Below, piece by piece: positions 52,959 to 64,000 of a DNA stretch of 64,000 nt. The notes beneath the pieces were generated by a model. That model searched no databases. It was given only the letters and a program-made list of their open reading frames with translations, and was not told the origin of the DNA. The stretch lies in contig NC_045697.1 in assembly GCF_009834535.1 (NCBI RefSeq), positions 82,834,001 to 82,898,000 on the forward strand, in the 5' to 3' direction. Origin of the DNA: Camelus ferus (lineage: Eukaryota). How positions within the stretch are numbered: the stretch's first letter is position 1; every line of letters begins with the position of its first letter. The position numbers were made by a program, and so were the translations under genes.

Positions 52959-53548
52959 TGTGGGAGCCTATGATTGGGTTAACAAATTGTAACAGATCCC
53001 AGCTGCTTATCTCCTTAAAGAAGACAGCTTAGTAACTGCCTTGTGGTTTTAGCAATGATCCAGGCCCCCGGCTATAAACGCTGGGCATGCCTGTTGTTAG
53101 TCTTCTATCCCCAAAACAGCCTTGGGCTGGAATGGTAAGAAGCTGCAGACTGAGAGGTGAGAAGGCTGGTTAGCCAATGATGGGTAAGATCCCCTGAGGG
53201 GGGCAACCTAAGACAGGCACGGCTGCCTGAGTCAAAGTTGTTAAGCAGCTGATTCTCATACGTTCCGCCCTGATAAACCTAAAGGCTCAACATGAACATG
53301 ATTCACCAAAAAGGATCTTCTGACCTTGAGCTAAACACCAACAATAAACAAAGCCTTTGTACTCATTGTGATCCCACCCTGTCCTTCCCTAAATTCCTGC
53401 ATTCCTCCTTTGACTGTACTCAGTAAATATGGGAGATTTGAGAGGCTTGAGAAGTTAGCTCCAGACTCTCTCTCGCTCTCTTGAGTTTTCCACAAGTCTT
53501 GAGTAATTCATTCCATCTCGGTGGGACTTCTGCCGGCCAGAAACCACA
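52959..53548 (+). mobile_element. Class II (ERV2/betaretrovirus-like) solo LTR
   Basis: TGTGGG...CCACA termini; perfect 6-bp TSD CTTTAC (52953-52958, 53549-53554); TATAAA 53073-53078; AATAAA 53343-53348. Confidence 0.93.
53173..53218 (+). promoter_or_regulatory. CTE-like (NXF1/TAP-binding) RNA export hairpin
   Basis: GCCAATGATGGGTAAGA-TCCCCTGAGGGGGGC-AACCTAAGACAGGC; both arms match the remembered MPMV/SRV CTE repeat unit and fold with AAGACA in an internal loop. Confidence 0.8.
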
Positions 53549-54661
53549 CTTTACCTCACAATTCTTTTGCCTTTACCATAACTGTCCAGCTCTGGCACAT
53601 CTCAAAATGTTCATTTGTAATCATTGCTCCAGGCTCCAATTTCAAAAGAAGCCTGGCTAAAATAGCTAGTAAAGTTCAACATGAACATAGCTTTGAGTCC
53701 CAGCAATTTCACTCATGAATAAAATCCCTGAAGAATTCTTAAACATGTGCTTTGGGAGGCAGTATAACATTATTCAAAGTAGCATTTCTTTTAATAATAA
53801 CAAAAATTCTCTATAAAATCTACAATTAATAAGATCAGTGCATAATAAAATCATCAGTGCATAATAAAAGCCACTCATACCTACATGAATATATTTAAAA
53901 GTTAAAATGCTGAATAAAAATATCATAGACAAATTCACAATTATTGCATTTATTATTCAAAATGAGATATAAGAAATAATAAATTGCTTAAGGATTTTTA
54001 TACAGGTGCTAAAATTATAAAACCAATAAAAATTATTAACATAAAATACAAGATAATAGTTACCTTAGCAGGTGAAGAAAGGGGATGTGATTAAAGGATG
54101 AATAATGATTTATCAATAATATTATATTTCCATCCTGTTAGGGATTAAAACATTTTGCCTTCCACACTCATTTTCAGAGAAAGATACTCAAAGAACTGAT
54201 TTTATAAAATAAAGAAAAATAAGAAATATTTGAGATTAATATAACAAATCTATAAATATATATTTGTTTTCCTTTCTTCTCTCAAGTTCATTAATAGTTA
54301 TAACATATAAATAAATTTTAAAATCTATTTTTAGATTATAACATACATACATGTAATAATTCTATCAAAAATAATACAAAAGAAGAAGGGGAAATAAAAC
54401 TATATAGAAATATTTTTTTAATTTCTCATTGGAATTAACTTAGTATAAATCTAAATAGGTTCTGATCAGTTAATATGTATTTGGTATGCCTTAGTGCAAC
54501 TCCTAGGAAAATACAAAAAAAGTGAAAGAAATCATTAAAGAAATTATCATACTTTAAAATATTCACTTAATAGAAAAGAAAATGTTAGATACAATTAGAT
54601 AAAAGAATAAATGAATTAAGAAGGCATAAAAAATCATACGTGTTTATATATCTATTAGAGG

Positions 54662-55341
54662 TGTTATAATAGAACCAAACTTGAGTCTGTTCACCTATGA
54701 GCAGTAAAGCCAATTTACTGACACTGGGTTGTGGTGAAGGAAAGTGTAGCTTTTATTGTAGGTGCCAGACAAGCAGTCTAGGGCAGCTAATGGTAAAAAA
54801 ATTCTGTACTGCCCAATGGATTTCAGGCAAGCATTTTTAAAGGCAAGATGAGAGGGGGAGTCACAGGGTATGTGATCAGCTTGCGCATAATTCTCTGACT
54901 GGCTGATGATGGGGTAACAAGGCAGTGGCACAAGGGTTAACATAATTAATCCTCTGGTTCTAGCCAATCTAGGGGCTACATGCTCATAATCAACATGTAG
55001 TTAACTTCTTCCATTTGGTAGGGGTTTCAGTATCTGTCAAACAACTCAGGACTGTGCATCAGTTACTGTTATCTGTGTACCTCAGGGAGGAACTAAAGAT
55101 TCTGTGACTGCCATAGGCTAATTTTTTTTTTTAATTGTTACCAGTTCTCCTGGCCCAACTGCTACTCTTGTTGCTTATATGTTCACATCCTTTTAATCAT
55201 TAATTTTTGGGCCAGGCTTTTGTAACTCAGGGAAGGCCTGGGAGACTACTGCTCTTCTATAAAAAAGAGGCAGGCAGAGGACATGCGGGGAAGGGATCTG
55301 TCTCTAAAAAGCCCCAAGGGGCAGGGCCCTGTTCAGTTACA
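54662..55341 (-). mobile_element. ERV1 solo LTR (laurasiatherian type)
   Basis: TG..CA ends; perfect 4-bp TSD GAGG (54658-54661, 55342-55345); gcagtaaagccaatttactgacactgggttgtggtgaaggaaag motif. Confidence 0.93.
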
Positions 55342-55499
55342 GAGGCACTGTAGTAAACATAAAGCAAAAATTGATGGAAGTAAAGGGGAAGACAAATCAT
55401 ATTTGGAGATTATCAGTCTTCTATCCTTAAATGCTACACTGTTTTTCATTTAACAGTAAAAAATCCTGTTAGAGTTGTGTATTTTCTGTTTACACTTGT

Positions 55500-56470
55500 G
55501 CTCCTCCATTTGTACATTGGACCCACTTAACCAGTTTCCGTCTTTTTCATTCTACTGAAGCTATGCTTTTCAACATCACCATAGGGTTCCACATTACTTA
55601 ATCAAGTAGTCATTTCTTTGCCTTCATTCTTTTGTCCCATTTGCCATGTTAAACCCTGTTAATCGTTCTTTTCTTCTTGAAGTATTTTCTTAGTTTTACC
55701 CCCAACGCTATTTAACTTTCTATTCTATAACCTCACTGGCTACTTCTTCTCAATCCCCTTTGTTAGATTTCCAAATAAGAAAAATTCTGAGAAATCAGTC
55801 CTTAGTTCTTCCTTCTGCATCTCCAATACTGGTTGGATAGTTCCATCCAGTCCATGTCATTAAATGTCATCTCTTTTCTAAGCATTTCCAAAGTCATACA
55901 TACAGCTCAGACCTCTTCCTGACATTTATACTCATACACCTAACTTCCTGCTTGACTCCATTTAAATAATTAATAGCCATCTATTACTGAACTCTACCCT
56001 CCTCTTAAAAACAAAAACAAAAAAAATCCCATTTCTAGATTGCTCTAATTACTGCAGTTTATAATTTCACAGGGCAACACCTTCATGTTATTGTTGACTC
56101 CTCCATTTCTAACATCTTTCTCGTTCACATCCATTAGTAAATCCAGTTTCAAATATGTTCTGATTAGACCAGTTTCCAGTCAGTTCATTACTTATCCCTG
56201 TCCATAACACCATCATCTTTAGCAGTTGTGTTTTTTTTCCCTTCATCAGTTTTCTAATATGTTCCCTATTTCATTCTTCTCCCCAAGCCCAGTCTGGACT
56301 CCAAATTTAATGGGACTTACTTCTTCATTATATGAAGCATCTTCCTGTCTCAGAATTTTTGCCACTACTTTGTTTTTAGTTTAAAATGCTATACCTCACT
56401 TACCTCCATGAATTCCTCTTGCCACCTTGCAAAAAATATTGCATGCATCTCTTATCACTTTGTCCACTTT
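55500..56470 (+). mobile_element. LINE-2 fragment
   Basis: cctcactggctacttcttctcaatcccctttg, ccatccagtccatgtcattaaatgtcatct, cagctcagacctcttcctga. Confidence 0.75.
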
Positions 56471-56934
56471 TCCTTAAAAACTTATCCTATAATTAAAAAG
56501 AAAATACAGTAACTTCTGTCTCTTATCAGTTATTGATATAAAAGTATTATGCTTTTAGGTAAAGAGCTGTTGTAGTAGGTAGTCTTAGAAGTCTATGGGA
56601 GTAAAATATACATCAATATATAAAATACATTGGTTTTATTTTATATAAAATATGAAGTACAATATAAAATATAAATAAAATAAAATATAAATATAAAGAA
56701 AAGTTGACATTTAAAGAATTTTCATAAATTACATAATCTAGTAATTATTAACACAATTTGTTACTGAATAATGTCAAGACCAAAATAGGCACTAGAATCA
56801 GTTTATCCTATGAGTAATTTACTCTGCAAATAATGTAATAATTACTTATTATTAACTGATAGACATTAATTACTTTGTTGTTATTAAGTCAGCAAATAAG
56901 CAAACTTACAAACATTGATTGTAGAACAAACCTA

Positions 56935-57120
56935 GTGGCTTCATGCAGCATGGTTCAAGCTGTTGTTTCTGAATTCAGAAAACTTTGTTTTGAGTTTAGA
57001 TTACATCATTTACTAAGAGAGTGTGTTTCCCACTTGCTACTTGGTAAAAAAATTAAAAGTTAATCTATTTCCTTCATAGAGTGGTTGTGAGACTTATTTT
57101 AATAACATAAGTAAAATGCA
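56935..57120 (+). mobile_element. MIR remnant
   Basis: ctatttccttcatagagtggttgtgagactta. Confidence 0.55.
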
Positions 57121-58669
57121 TTTTTAAACAAAACATTATTTACATTGACATCGTAAGCATTATTTTAACCATATATAAAATAAAGCATATTACATCTATA
57201 AATAAGGTTTTCTTTTATATAAAATGAATAAATTGGTTCTATGTAGTATTTAAATGTAAGAAAAATCTCATATTTTGCTACCCTTAATTTAATTTCCAAA
57301 TTTGGTAGTTAAATAATGGAAGAGTTTTAATATAGTTGGAATAGAAAAAAAGTTAGTATGTTGAATATGTTAAAACAGTTTCAGAAAATAAAAATACTGA
57401 AAATATAAAGATACTAGAAATGCAGAGATAAAGTCATTTTTGTGGCCAACTGGCTATTGGTAGTCAAAATATGAATTGGCATTCAAATGTACTGGGTAAT
57501 TAAAACACTTCAGAAGATGGTTGTGCATAATTATATTACATGAATATATTAAGATTTTTTATTATTTCTAGTAGAATGTGGTTTTGATTGATTTAATCCT
57601 CATGGTGTTGTGGGTGTATAAGTCTAGTTGGAAATAGTCTTGGCCAGCTCACACAGCAACAGATGCACTATTTGCATAAGTAGGATGTTATACGTGGGCT
57701 TGTATTTTTGGCTGCCTCTAGATTTATGACACCAATTCATTTTCTGCACAGACCGAAGAAAACCTGACAATGTGAAAAGAGGAGTTAATTTCCCTTTAAA
57801 AAATTGTTACATTTACTCTGATTTAAATTTACATTTATGTGTCTGATTACCTCATTCATGACCATATACAAAACTGTACATTTTCAATCACTTTATTATC
57901 TCCCATTGTTATGTTAGCAATTGAACCTGAGGCTGATGCAGGCAAATAGGAGGAAGCAGTATTAGTATTAACAGATAAATGTATTTATCCTAATTTTGGA
58001 GGTGAAAGAGTTATTTGCATACTGAATTGAAAACAAAATAAATGGCTCACATTTCCAGAGAGTATAGTCCTTGCTTATATAAAGCATTATATTAGTAAAT
58101 AGATGGCCAATTTTTAACAGCTAAAGTATATAAATTTTACTATACTATAAAATAATGCCATTATATTCTTTGGAAATATTCTGTTTTCTAATCTAAAATT
58201 TTCTTTATTTTGCTTAATATATTTAAAATACTTAGTAATTGCATGCTGGATTTCCCTATGGTTTTAAATACTACTTGACATAAAATAGATACTAATTTTT
58301 AAAATTTAATTTGAAATCAGTATAAATTATAGCATCATTCTTTAATAACTTTTAATAAAATGTTTCCTAAATAGTATGATCTTTTTTATTATAAGGATGA
58401 CTTAAAGAGGGAAAATTTATGTTTTTTCATATATATATGAAGTACATATTTGTGGATAATAAATATACAAGTTAGAAAGAATTAAATTTCTCTTCTTCAA
58501 AGAGGTTAAAGTCTAGTAACAGAGTTGTAAGATTTGAGTGTGTGTGGTGGAGAAAGACACGATGGATGGATTGGGCTACACTTTCTAGAAACAGAAAAAA
58601 AGAGAATGTGAGCCTGTCACATGATAGCCACAAATGAAGATACAGAAGAGAAAACACAGTCAACAAAGG

Positions 58670-59030
58670 AACATTTCCAAGCAGCTGGTTTGTGGTTGAT
58701 ACGCTAAGCAGTGGAGAAGCAGCTAAGCCTGACAGTATAGACAGGTACCAGTTTTGATGTACTAGGGAAAAAACATTGGACTTTTTAATCTTGTGGGCCT
58801 ACAATTATTTTACTGGAGATTAAATAATAAAACTTGATTCTTTAAACAATATTATTCTGGTAGCTAAGTGGATAATTAATTTGATGAGTTAAGAATAGAA
58901 GCAGAGATACCGGGTGGAGAGGGTTGCTATTTATTAGGAGAAATGTTGTGGAGCTTTGAGCAAATCAAACAGTAACAGAGGTAGAAAAATGAGATAATGT
59001 GAGAAGTATTTATGAAAGTATATTAAAAAA
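58670..59030 (-). mobile_element. LINE-2 fragment
   Basis: gaatagaagcagagataccgggtggagagggttgcta antisense L2 pattern. Confidence 0.55.
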
Positions 59031-60149
59031 TGTGTAACCCATCTCTTTAAAAAATTAAAATATCAATCTAATTTTATTTGACATTAAAAATATATAATAT
59101 GGTCAAAATAAATTAATACTAATTTTGAATGACAGATGAAGAGACATACTAAATTAGATATAGTCAGATATATAGATACACATGTGTACACACACACACA
59201 CAAAGAGCACTGAAAGCTAACATTAATGAAAATTAATATTAATAGAAATTGCAATAAAAACTTGGCCATGTTTGGGGTTAAGCAGAAGAATATTTTATTT
59301 AGTGTTATTGCTGAAGCATAAATACAACTCCATTTTAATTTGTTTTTAGATTTTATAATGTCTAAGTCACTTATAAGTTTATTCTAACTTTTAATTAACT
59401 GGCTAAGAAGAGAACTGACTTATCTGCAATTTCACAAACCAGAAATCTCACTGAGGCTTCTAACTTTGAGGAGAAAAGGTTTAGTTGTGGAAGGAAAACT
59501 GTGGGAGTTCATGGTCTGTTAAAAAATTACTGAAGTGATGGCGACTACGTGTAACCTATGACTTTCACTGTGTCCGTGCTAATCATGTTTTATTATTTTC
59601 ATGATCATTTAAGATATGTTTTCCTACATGTCAATGTGTGTATACAGTTTAAAATATGTAATTCTGAGAAATAAAAAAAATCTCTGTGGAATAACTAACA
59701 GAAAGAAGATCTTTATCGTCATTGAATAACAGGAAAATGCAACAGAAATAATATCTATGAGTAATGATAGAGTTCTAAATACTAACTTTGAAATTGTGAA
59801 GGATTTGAGAGGTCATCTGACAGTGTGATAGATTCCCTGCTCCCAAGCTCCCCAAAGAACTATACAGTGAGAGCCAAATGTTCACCAACAAGTTTCAACA
59901 AAGGAGAGGCTCCCCCAAATTACAAGATCTAGAGCTTATATGGCAATGATTAAGACATATGTCCAACCTTTCTCCCAAAGAAAAAGATTTCTCATTAAAC
60001 AAATTCTCTGATGGACAGAGGGAATGCATTGCTAAGCTTATTACTTTGGAATATGAGGAAATGTTCCCAGGAAGGGGAAGGAGAGGATTTTATGTTTCCA
60101 AATCATTCTGTGAGTGTCTGTGTTGAAGATATCTTAGAGACACTATCTC

Positions 60150-60320
60150 TGCTTAGAAGTACTATCTATTTGGATTGATCAAGGAAGAGACCATGATCTG
60201 AGGAATTTAGGCAGCTTCTAGAAACTGGAAAAGGCAAGGGAACAGATTCACCCCTTGAACCTCCAGAGGGAATGTAAGTCCTATTGACACCTTTATTGTA
60301 GCCCAGTGAAAGTAACTCTT
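60150..60320 (+). mobile_element. MaLR (MLT1D-like) LTR fragment
   Basis: ttctagaaactggaaaaggcaagggaacagattcaccccttgaacctccagaggga. Confidence 0.85.
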
Positions 60321-61764
60321 GTTAAGATTTCTGATGTCTATTCTTGTATCCCACGACCACTTAAATTTTTAAAAGTCTGCATACATTAAGTTTATATGAT
60401 ATTGCCTATGTTTCATTTATTCACCTTCATGCCACCCCAACCCCAACCCAGCCTCAGCCTGATGGCAACCACTGATCTGTTTACTATCTCTTATATTTCT
60501 GCGTTTCCACGAATTGGAATCATGTAGCGTGGTTTTTCAGATTAACTTCTTTCACTTAGCAATATGAGGAAAAATAAAATAAAAGAATATCTGCAGTTTA
60601 ACTGTCAAGGTGTGAATGATCAGCATTAGTAATTATGCATTTAGTGTGGATATATATGTTTTGTACTCAAATATGTAGTCTCTAAATCATAATAGTGGAA
60701 GGTGAATACAAATAAAACTTAAAGCATACCACATTTGGACATTTTCTTAGTAAAGGTTGGCAATAGTTGGTATCACCTAAATGAGAACTTTAAAAATGTG
60801 ATGCAATTTATATCAGCATAAGTTAATTTTAAGATCTATTTTGAAACCCATCTACACCATCTGGGGAGAAATTCCTTGAGGGAAAACAAAGAACACTCCA
60901 TCATGATTCTGTTTCCTGCCATTAGCAGACATTGAAGATGTGTTAATCACATCTGCTCTTCAACATTATTTGGCCATATGTTCATGCAGGTGAAACACTA
61001 ACACTCATTGATTACAAAATTCCATTAATATCTATCATCTTTGTCACAAATAAATATTCTCCATATAGTGATATAGTCTTTCAAATACTATGATTTCTAT
61101 ATTGATTAAATTTTATCCACTGATTTATCCCAGTCCTGACTTTTCCATCTCTGTCTTTTCTGTTGTCCTCTGAAGATGCATTCTATGGTGACCAAAAGAA
61201 AATCTATTATGCTTTCTTATGTTTTTCATAGAATCTTCCCCAGATTCCTTGCTTTTTAATAAATGTTTATCTTTTCCAAGGATATCCATTAATTTTAGTG
61301 TTTATTTTCTAACTCTCCATAGCCTTTGTTCATTCCCATGTCATTTGTATATGGCATTAAAGCCTTCCCCCTCAGTTGTCTTATTCCAGTCTCTTAGTCA
61401 CTTAGTCACTCTGTATTTTATTGACTTCTTGGTTTCAATCTCAATGTCCTTCTAGCTACTTCTCTCTCTCTCCCTCTTCTTCCCCCACCCTTCCTTCTCT
61501 GTCTCTTTCTTTCTCTATACATACATAATAAAAAGTTGTTATTTTCATATGGGTAAAAAATACATTTAAAATTCAATATATTCTCAAGGAATACCTGTTT
61601 TAAAAATGTGCAATTTACAGTCTATCCTTAAAGGAAAATAAATGGATATTAGCAAATGTCTTTGCTATATTCTGACACTATTCCCTAAAAAAATGTGACC
61701 TCACTGTCTTTAGTGCACAGGTTTAGTGACTCAAAATGGAACCCTTAAGAGGTACTTCAAGAAT

Positions 61765-61995
61765 ATTCATTCATTTACAAATCACCCAAGAGTGATTACA
61801 CTGTTCCAAATAGTTTCTGAACATGTAAGAATGAAAAGACTCTGACTTTATTTGAATAGATTTAGTCCAGTGAAGAGAAAGACATTCAAATGAAGAATTA
61901 AAATATTATGTGATTTTTACTATGTTGAAAGCATGAATGTGGTATGAGTGTTCATAGAAGAATTTACTGATTGACCATGCAGGTTTGATACCCAG
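61765..61995 (-). mobile_element. LINE-2 3' end
   Basis: attcattcatttacaaat ... tttagtccagtgaagagaaagacatt. Confidence 0.6.
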
Positions 61996-62067
61996 ATGAG
62001 AACTTGTAAAGACCTATGATATAACTATATTTTTACCCACGAAGACAACCAGAAACATACTTGTAGA

Positions 62068-62068
<1 letters not shown>

Positions 62069-62116
<48 letters not shown>
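62069..62116. repeat. (AAT)n microsatellite
   Basis: Directly visible; source of the poly-Ile pseudo-ORF. Confidence 0.97.
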
Positions 62117-62339
62117 TTAATAATAAAAATAATAAAATTACTTACAGCAATAGAGATCACACTCCATGAGTAATTGTGAGATATCTCAATGAGAGAGAGT
62201 AAGGAGGGGCTTATAGGATTTGAGTTTGCATCAGGTGACTTGGGGGAAAAAATGGCTGCCATTTATCTAATAGTTAGAATGGCTAGATACTGTGTGAAGT
62301 TTTTTCTTTTTCTTCTTTTTTAAGCTTATCAGTTACGTG

Positions 62340-64000
62340 TTTTTGTTCTTTTCTTAAATTGAGATATAGTTGATTTACAGTATTTTATTAGTTTTGGTGT
62401 ACAACAAAGTGATTCAAAATCTTTGTAAATTCTACTGCATTTACAGTTATTACAAAACATTGGCTATATTCCCTGTGCTGTATTATATATCCTGGTAGCT
62501 TGTTAACTTTATACATAGTATTTTGAACCTCTTTCTCCACTGCCGTATCTTGCACCTTCGCCCTTCCTCCTCACAACTGGTAACCACTAATTTGTTCTTT
62601 GTACCTGTGAGTCTGTTTATTTTTGTTATATTCACTAATTTGTTTATTTTTTAGATTCCACATGTAAGTGATAACATACAGTATTTGACTTCCTCTCTGG
62701 CTTATATTACTAAGTATAATACCCTCCAGATCTATCCATATTGTTGCAAATGACAAAATTTTATTCTTTTTTGTGGCTGAGTAGTATTCCATTGTATACA
62801 CCACCTCTTTCTTATCCATTCACCTGTTGATGGACACTTAGTTTGCGTCCATGTCTTGGCAATTGTAGATAATGCTGCTGAGAACATCAGGGTGCATGTA
62901 TCTTTTCAAATTAGTTTTAGTTTTCTTCAGATATATATCTAGGATTGGATTTCCTGGATCACATGGTAGTTCTATTTTTAGTTTTTTCAGGAAACTGTAT
63001 ACTGTTTTCCACAGTGGCAGTACCAATTTACATTCCCACAACAGTGTACAAGGGTTCTCTTTTTTCCATATACTCATCACATTTGTTATTTGTGGTCTTT
63101 TTTATAATAATCATTCTAACATCTGGGAGGTGATATCTCATTGTGGTTTTGATTTGCTTTTCTTTGAAGGTTAGTGACACTGAGCATCTTTTCATGTGCC
63201 TGTTGGCCATATGTATGTCTTCTTCGGAAAACTGTCAGTTCAGTTCTGTTCATTTTTTAATTGGGTTGTTTGATTTTTTAATGGTGAATTGCATGAGCTA
63301 TTTATATATGTTTGATATCAGTCCCTTATTAGTCATATCATTAGCAAAATTTTTCTACAACTCAGTAGATTGTCCTTTCATCTTCTCTGTGGTTTCCTTT
63401 GCCATGCAAAAGCTTTTCAGTTTAATTAGGTCCCATTTGTTTTTGTTTTTGTTTCCTTTATCTTAGGAGATAAATAAAAAAAAATTGCTATGGGTTATGT
63501 CAAAAAGTGTCCTGCGTATGTTGTCTTCTAGGAATTTTTGTTTCCAGTCTTTTCTTCTTTCTCAAGATTGTTTTGGCTATTTGAGGTCTTTTGTGTTTCC
63601 ATACACATTTTAAAATTATTTGTTCTAGTTCTGTGGAAAATGCCCTTGATATATTGGATTGCAATGAGTCAATAGATCGCCTTGGGTAGTATGGACATTT
63701 TAACAGTATTAATTCTTTCAGTCCATGAACACAATATATCTTTCCACCTGTTTGCATCATCCTCAGTTTCTTTCATCCGTGCTTATAGTTTTCTGAGAAC
63801 AGGTCTTTTACCTCCTTAGGTAGGTTTATGCCTAGGAATTTTACTCTTTTTGATGTAATGGTACATGGGGTTGTTTCCCTAATTTCTCTTTCTGACAGTT
63901 TGTTGTTAGTTTATCAAAATGCAATAGATTTTTGTATATTAACTTTGTATCCTACAATTTTACTGAATTCATTGATGAGCTCTAGTAGTTTTTTGGTGGA
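62340..64000 (-). mobile_element. L1 3'UTR + ORF2 C-terminal part, running off the window end
   Basis: Minus peptides [74 protein letters not shown]; frameshifted, apparent internal deletion near 63545. Confidence 0.96.

Larger units (their letters stand above)
52400..54150 (+). mobile_element. Ancient L1 (L1ME-like) 3' remnants interrupted by an LTR
   Basis: aattggcaaagatatgatgagtcatctcagcag; tttgagtcccagcaatttcactc. Confidence 0.55.

Noticed and set aside
62014..62262. Poly-isoleucine membrane protein
   Set aside because: Translation of an (AAT)n microsatellite
1..64000. ORF-track ORFs (60-116 aa) as genes
   Set aside because: They are L1 ORF2 fragments, their antisense frames, LTR-derived frames or low-complexity AT-rich chance ORFs; no coherent exon chain or recognisable host protein
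1..64000. Strand bias of L1/LTR insertions implying a host gene direction
   Set aside because: Elements occur on both strands and the counts are too small to infer orientation

Overview
AT-rich, CpG-poor mammalian genomic DNA with no supportable protein-coding gene: a gene desert or deep intron. The host is most likely a camelid, based on a Vic-1-like tRNA-derived SINE, cetartiodactyl-type L1 3' ends, and no bovid or pig SINEs seen. The window is a layered record of transposable elements: L1, HAL1, L2 and MIR fragments, MaLR/ERVL LTRs, several ERV1 LTRs and LTR remnants, and hAT MITEs. Three features are largely missed by the ORF track. (1) A class II (6-bp TSD) solo LTR at 52959-53548 carries, between its TATA box and poly(A) signal, a hairpin matching one half of the type-D retroviral constitutive transport element (CTE, an NXF1/TAP-binding site). 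(2) A decayed minus-strand class I ERV gag-pro-pol at ~47300-50110 is split by a younger solo LTR. (3) A decayed minus-strand hAT (Charlie/Buster-type) transposase lies at ~44290-45500. Several non-repeat islands look like candidate enhancers or non-coding exons. Repeat family names were recognised by eye from remembered consensus sequences, not by database search. Boundaries without a stated TSD are approximate.
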